Shown: piece by piece, positions 58,583 to 64,000 of the stretch
Numbering within the stretch: position 1 is the stretch's first letter
Layout of the letters: each line of letters begins with the position of its first letter
NCBI GenBank assembly: GCA_002104945.1
Contig: MCFH01000001.1
Coordinates: 930,001 to 994,000 of the forward strand
Length of the DNA: 64,000 nucleotides
Direction of reading: 5' to 3'
Origin: Piromyces finnis finn
Taxonomy: Eukaryota; Fungi; Neocallimastigomycota
Notes under the pieces: generated by a model
Told to the model about the DNA's origin: nothing
Seen by the model: the letters and a program-made list of their open reading frames with translations, nothing else
Databases searched by the model: none
Translations under genes and position numbers: made by a program

Positions 58583-59908
58583 GTTTGAGATTTATGCAAT
58601 TAAATTACTTTTTATTTATAAATTTAGAATATTATAAAAATTCGATTTTTTAATTAGTATTTTATAAAATTATAAATATATTGTTATATATATTTACTGT
58701 TTTATGAATTTTTGACATATTGATGTTAATATTTATTTATAATTTAATATATTTTAAAATATACATTATTTTTTTATATTAATATATTAACATTAACATT
58801 GTTGAGATGCATATTTAAATTGTATTAAGCTTTTAATTACTTTTCATATATTTTAAATGTTGGAATATTTTTATTTTATTGATAATTTTATTTTTATATT
58901 GTTTTTATTCCACATTACTACGATTATTTCGGTTTTTTTTTTTTGATTGATATTTTAAAATTATTTTTATAAACATTAAAAATAAATTTACATCAAAAAC
59001 AGTTTTGTAATTATCGGATATATATATTGAAAAAAATATTATATATCATTTTCATGATTCATCAATTCAGTTTTCTTTATTTTAAATTATTTATTGGTAT
59101 GTGTAATTATAGTTTATATAAATTTTATATATTTTTTTTATTTAATCCATTTTAAATATTTATTCAATTGATTCTTACTTTGAAAAATAAAAAACTTTAG
59201 TAAAAATTAGATTAAATAAATTATTTCAAATCAATAATTTATTTTTTCTTTTGTGTAGTGTAGAAAAAAAAAAAAAAAATTACCTAAGTTTATTGTTATT
59301 AATAAATCAATAATTAATTTTTCAAATATATTATAATAAAAATTATTTACTATAACAATTTTAATACATATTACATATATTATATATTATTTATAGTGTA
59401 ACTGTACATTTTATTTTCAAATATTCATATTAACTGATTATGGTTGGATTATATTAGACCAATCAAAATGGTTGATATTTTTTTATATTTTAGTATATTA
59501 TGTTACGGTTTTAAATACATTATGTATTATAATGTATTTATTATTGTGAAAAATATATTGTTAAACTGTATTTTTATTATTTTAATAAAGTACTTTAATA
59601 AATTATAATTTTAATGACTTATTTTATAATAAAAAATAAAATTTGTTAAAATGATGCTTATTTTCATTTAGTATATTACATAATGGAAAATAAAATCTAA
59701 ATATTATTATGCTTATTGATTTAGCTTTTTATTTTCATTCAAGAAAAAGTATAGTTTTAAAATACAAAATATATTCATTTTTAGTATTTTCATATGTTGT
59801 TATTTACCTATGCATTTATACCAAATAAAATTAATGTAATAAAAAATATTACTTTGTAATAAATATTTAATTTAAATAAGCTATAAATAAATAAGTGGAT
59901 TTTTATGA

Positions 59909-59910
59909 AA

Positions 59911-59965
<55 letters not shown>

Positions 59966-60030
59966 ATGAATGAATAAATAAATGAATAAATAAATAAATG
60001 AATGAATAGATAAATGAATAAATAAAAATA
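59909..60030 (+). repeat. (AATA/AATG)n microsatellite
   Basis: Tandem aataaata... with interspersed gaat variants. Confidence 0.9.
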
Positions 60031-61073
60031 AAAATAAAAAATACTTTTATAATAATAACTACACATAATAATAAATAAGATTTATATATTTAAAATTTAT
60101 TAAAAGTCACTATTATTATTAAAATATAACAAATAATCTAATAATTAATAATTAATGTAATATTATAAAAAAAGATAATATAAAATTTTTTATTAAAAAT
60201 ATATATATATTTTTAAAATATTTAAAAAAAAGATAAAGAAATTTCAATATATATTTTAAAAGTATAGATTATATTTATTTTTAAATATTATTCTAATTTT
60301 AAAATATATTACTCTTTTTTTTTAATTATAAGAAAGAGAAAAAAGTAATTATAAAAAAGAGAAAATAAAGCAGTAAGAGAAAGAGTTTGATCCTAATTAT
60401 TTATTTTATAAATATTTTTTTTTTCAAATTATATATTATTCTTTTAATTAAATTTTAATAAAATTTTATATATTCTCTTTCTCTCTCTTTGTTCTTCCCT
60501 TTTATTTTTCTTCTTTTTCAGTAAAAATATAGATAATATCGAATATATACACTTCTAATAGATTATATATATAATATTAAAACTTTTAATATATGAAGGC
60601 TTGAAATTTTATATATATATTATTTTTATATAAGAAATAAATTTTATAAAATTTATTAAAAAAAAAAAATAGAATTATCGAGCTTATAAGACTATTTGCA
60701 TCAAAGGAAAAGAAAAGAATAATAAAGTAAATATTTTAATTCAGTAATAATTATGTCAATAATTTTATTATTATATTAATTGTAATAAATAAATAAATAA
60801 ATACAACATTATGTTTAAGAAGTAAGAAATAAAGTGGATTATAAATCATAAATACAAAATTATTGGAGTAAACAAAAAACAATTTTTAATTTAATTTAAT
60901 GATAACAATAACAATATTACCAAAAATATTAAAGTATAAAATATATATTAAAATGAGACAATAATTACATTGTGAATAATATAACATTATAAAATATATA
61001 TTATAAAATTTCTAGTTTAATGATTCAAAATTTTAAATATATATGTATAACGAGAATATATTAATGTATATTT

Positions 61074-61105
<32 letters not shown>

Positions 61106-61541
61106 TAGGTTTTATTTTTATTATTTTTTTTTTGAAGAGACAATTTTTTAACAATATTATCTTATCAAAAATAATAAACAAAGCATTTCTATGTTATTTA
61201 TTAGATTGAATGAACAAAAAACATCAGCAAATATTTGTATTATCAATAATTCAAACAATAAAAATAAGGATTTTATTTAAACAAAATATACTTTAGTATA
61301 TAAATAATAATTTTCAACAACAACATTTTTAATATTATTATTTTAACTGAAATATCAAAAAAACTCAATATTATTTCTTAAATAAAAACATTGTATTACA
61401 AATCGTTATATTATCAAAGCCTTTATTTTAGATAAAATATACTTAAAAACAATTTATAATTTGGATTTAAGTATTTTAAAATAATACAGTTACTATATAA
61501 TTTTAAGAAATTAAATCATTTTAATCAAAGTTTAAACAATA

Positions 61542-64000
61542 ATGGAAGGTAGACCTCGTCTTCCCTCTTATGGGACTACACGAAATTCAGAATATCAATA
61601 TGGTGTTAGTCGTGATTATGCAATTTCTTCATTAGTTGTTCCAAATTCAGAACATATTGATTTATCAAAACATTCAACAGAAAAAATTATTGAATTAAGC
61701 CCAAATAAAAGATATGCAAAAGTAACTATTTTCATTTTTATTTTAGTTAATTAGGAAGTTTTTTTTATAATGATTTAGAAATATAATAAAAGCATAAAGA
61801 TTCATGAGATAAAAAAATAAACAAGAAATAGATCTATAATTTATTTAAAAATGAAAAGGAGAAGAAATAATCATCAATAAATAATAGAATAAAATATTAT
61901 CATAAATAAATATATATATATAAAATAAATATGTTTAGATATAATATATTTTATAAATTTTATAAAGAATTATAAAAGAATAACTTTTTATAATTTAATA
62001 TTGAAATTAAAGATAACTAAAAGAGGAAAAAATAATAGAAAAAATTTATAACTGAGATAATATATAAATAAATGTTTTATATTTTCCATTAATTCTTCAT
62101 TTATATAATAATTAGCTTAATTGTATTCTTGGAAAAGGGGCTTATAAAGTTGTATATAAAGCTCTTGATAGAGAAGAAGGTTATGAAGTAGCATGGAATG
62201 GATGTCAGGTATAAAAAATTAAATATTGAATATAATTTTTATAAATTATTATAAGTAAAATTAACCTTAAAAATACAAATTAAGACTTCGAAAGCTGAAT
62301 ATATGGAATTAAATGATGAAATTGAAATCTTAAAGAGAGTTAGACATCCAAATATTATTAATTTCCATGTAAGCATATTATAATTTAAATATAAATTAAT
62401 ATATTTAATTATATAATTAAAATGTAATATTAAAATAATTATACAATAGGATTGTTGGTATAATAATACTGAAATTGTTTTTATTACAGAATTGATGACA
62501 TCTGGCACTCTTAGAGAGTAAATATATTTTTTATAAAATTTAAAATTTCATTCGATTATTTTATTTATATATAAAGATAATAAACGGAATTAAGTGTGCT
62601 ATATTGAATTTTTATATTAATTATTATATATTCTATATAAATTGCTTTTTTTCTTATAGATATATTCATAAACTCCAAATATTAAATCTTAAAATTATAA
62701 AACGATGGTCACGTCAAATATTGAAGGGATTGTTATATTTACATTCTCATGTACCACCAATTATTCATCGTGATATTAAGGTATTATCAAATATGATAAT
62801 ATATATAACATATAAATAAATAATTGTTTATTAAAATTCATTATTTATTTCATTTTATATTAATATAAAGTGTGATAATATATTTATTAATGGGGCTCAT
62901 GGTGAGGTTAAAATTGGTGATTTGGGTATTGCAAAAATGAAGAAAGGAAAGAACTATACTGTAATAGGAACACCAGGTAAATTTATTATTTTTCTTTTTA
63001 AATTTAATACAATATATAAATTCTAATTTTTTTTTAATAATTTAAAAAATAGAATTTATGGCACCAGAAATGTATGATGAAAAAGGATATAGTGAAAAAG
63101 TTGATGTTTATGCTTTTGGAATGTGTTTACTTGAAATGGTAAAATATAAAATACCTATATACTGAATTGATTGATATAGAATTATTAAATATATATTATA
63201 TTTTTTATAATAGGTTACTGGTGAATATCCATATAGTGAATGTAAAAATGCTGCACAAGTTTATAAAAAGGTAACTTCTGGAATAAAACCCGAATGTTTA
63301 GATAAAGTAACGGAACCACAAGTATTAGATATAATAAATAATTGTTTATTACCTGAAAATGAAAGGTATTATTATCTTTATAAAATACCAAAATTATCAA
63401 TAAGTATACATTAATTTATATTGTAATTAATGTATTATTTATAAATATAAAATATATAGATGGAGTGTTCAACAACTATTAGAGACACCATTCTTGTTGG
63501 CTGAGCCAGAAGTTTTATTATTATCAACAAATGATCAAAAGAATCATCTTACCATGCAAGTTGTATTTAAAGGCATGGATAGATTATCGGTTAAATTTGA
63601 ATTTAATGTTGATACTGATACTGCAGAAGATGTTGTTAACGAAATGGTAATTTTAAATTATTAAAATGAATATTATAATGATTTGAAATAGACTATAAAA
63701 TATGATATTAAAAGTTCCCCCCTTTTTTTTATTATGATTAATAGATAGAGGAACAAGTTATTCCTGAAAGATACCAACAATTAATTACATCAGAAATTAA
63801 TAGAATTTTAAGAGAATTAAATAAATATGCTCCAGGAACAGAAGATGGCAAAGATGATAGTCATCATATATGGAAGAGAGAAACAGCAATGGAAAAAGAA
63901 TTAGCTGCTGCTGATGACAGAGCATTGGAAGCAGAAAGAAGAGCTTTTATATTAGAACAACAATTGGCAGAAAAAGAAAGAAAATTGGAAAATGAAAAAA
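61542..64000 (+). CDS. WNK: WNK-family serine/threonine kinase (multi-exon; continues past window end)
   Basis: [12 protein letters not shown] (Lys in Gly loop), VAWN replacing [51 protein letters not shown]. Confidence 0.93.

Noticed and set aside
59881-60066. 61-aa FIYL-repeat ORF
   Set aside because: Translation of the (TAAA)n microsatellite.

Overview
Extremely AT-rich, intron-rich eukaryotic DNA, most likely from an anaerobic gut fungus (Neocallimastigomycota). This is inferred from composition, short GT-AG introns with poly-A/T tracts, and intronless bacterial-type genes. It holds about 17 host genes: class III ribonucleotide reductase (5'-truncated), myotubularin, Mon1, a CDKN3-like CX5R phosphatase, a bacterial-type MBL/RNase Z-like hydrolase, RPS5, a huge Asn-rich protein, a WD40 protein, Dim1, Dot1, a double-AAA ATPase, an LRR-PP2C-like protein, WRAP53/TCAB1, RhoGDI, ARMT1/DUF89, eIF3L and a WNK kinase (3'-truncated). 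The standout is a full-length, apparently intact non-LTR retrotransposon (15562-21250) bounded by a target-site duplication and a 39-nt poly(A). It has one 1507-aa ORF with a putative RRM fused to APE-RT-CCHC. Its 5' end is two tandem 124-bp monomers made almost entirely of hairpins, whose three internal differences all keep + strand pairing as G-U wobbles. A possible pseudoknot overlaps the stop codon. Exon boundaries of host genes were read by eye and are approximate.
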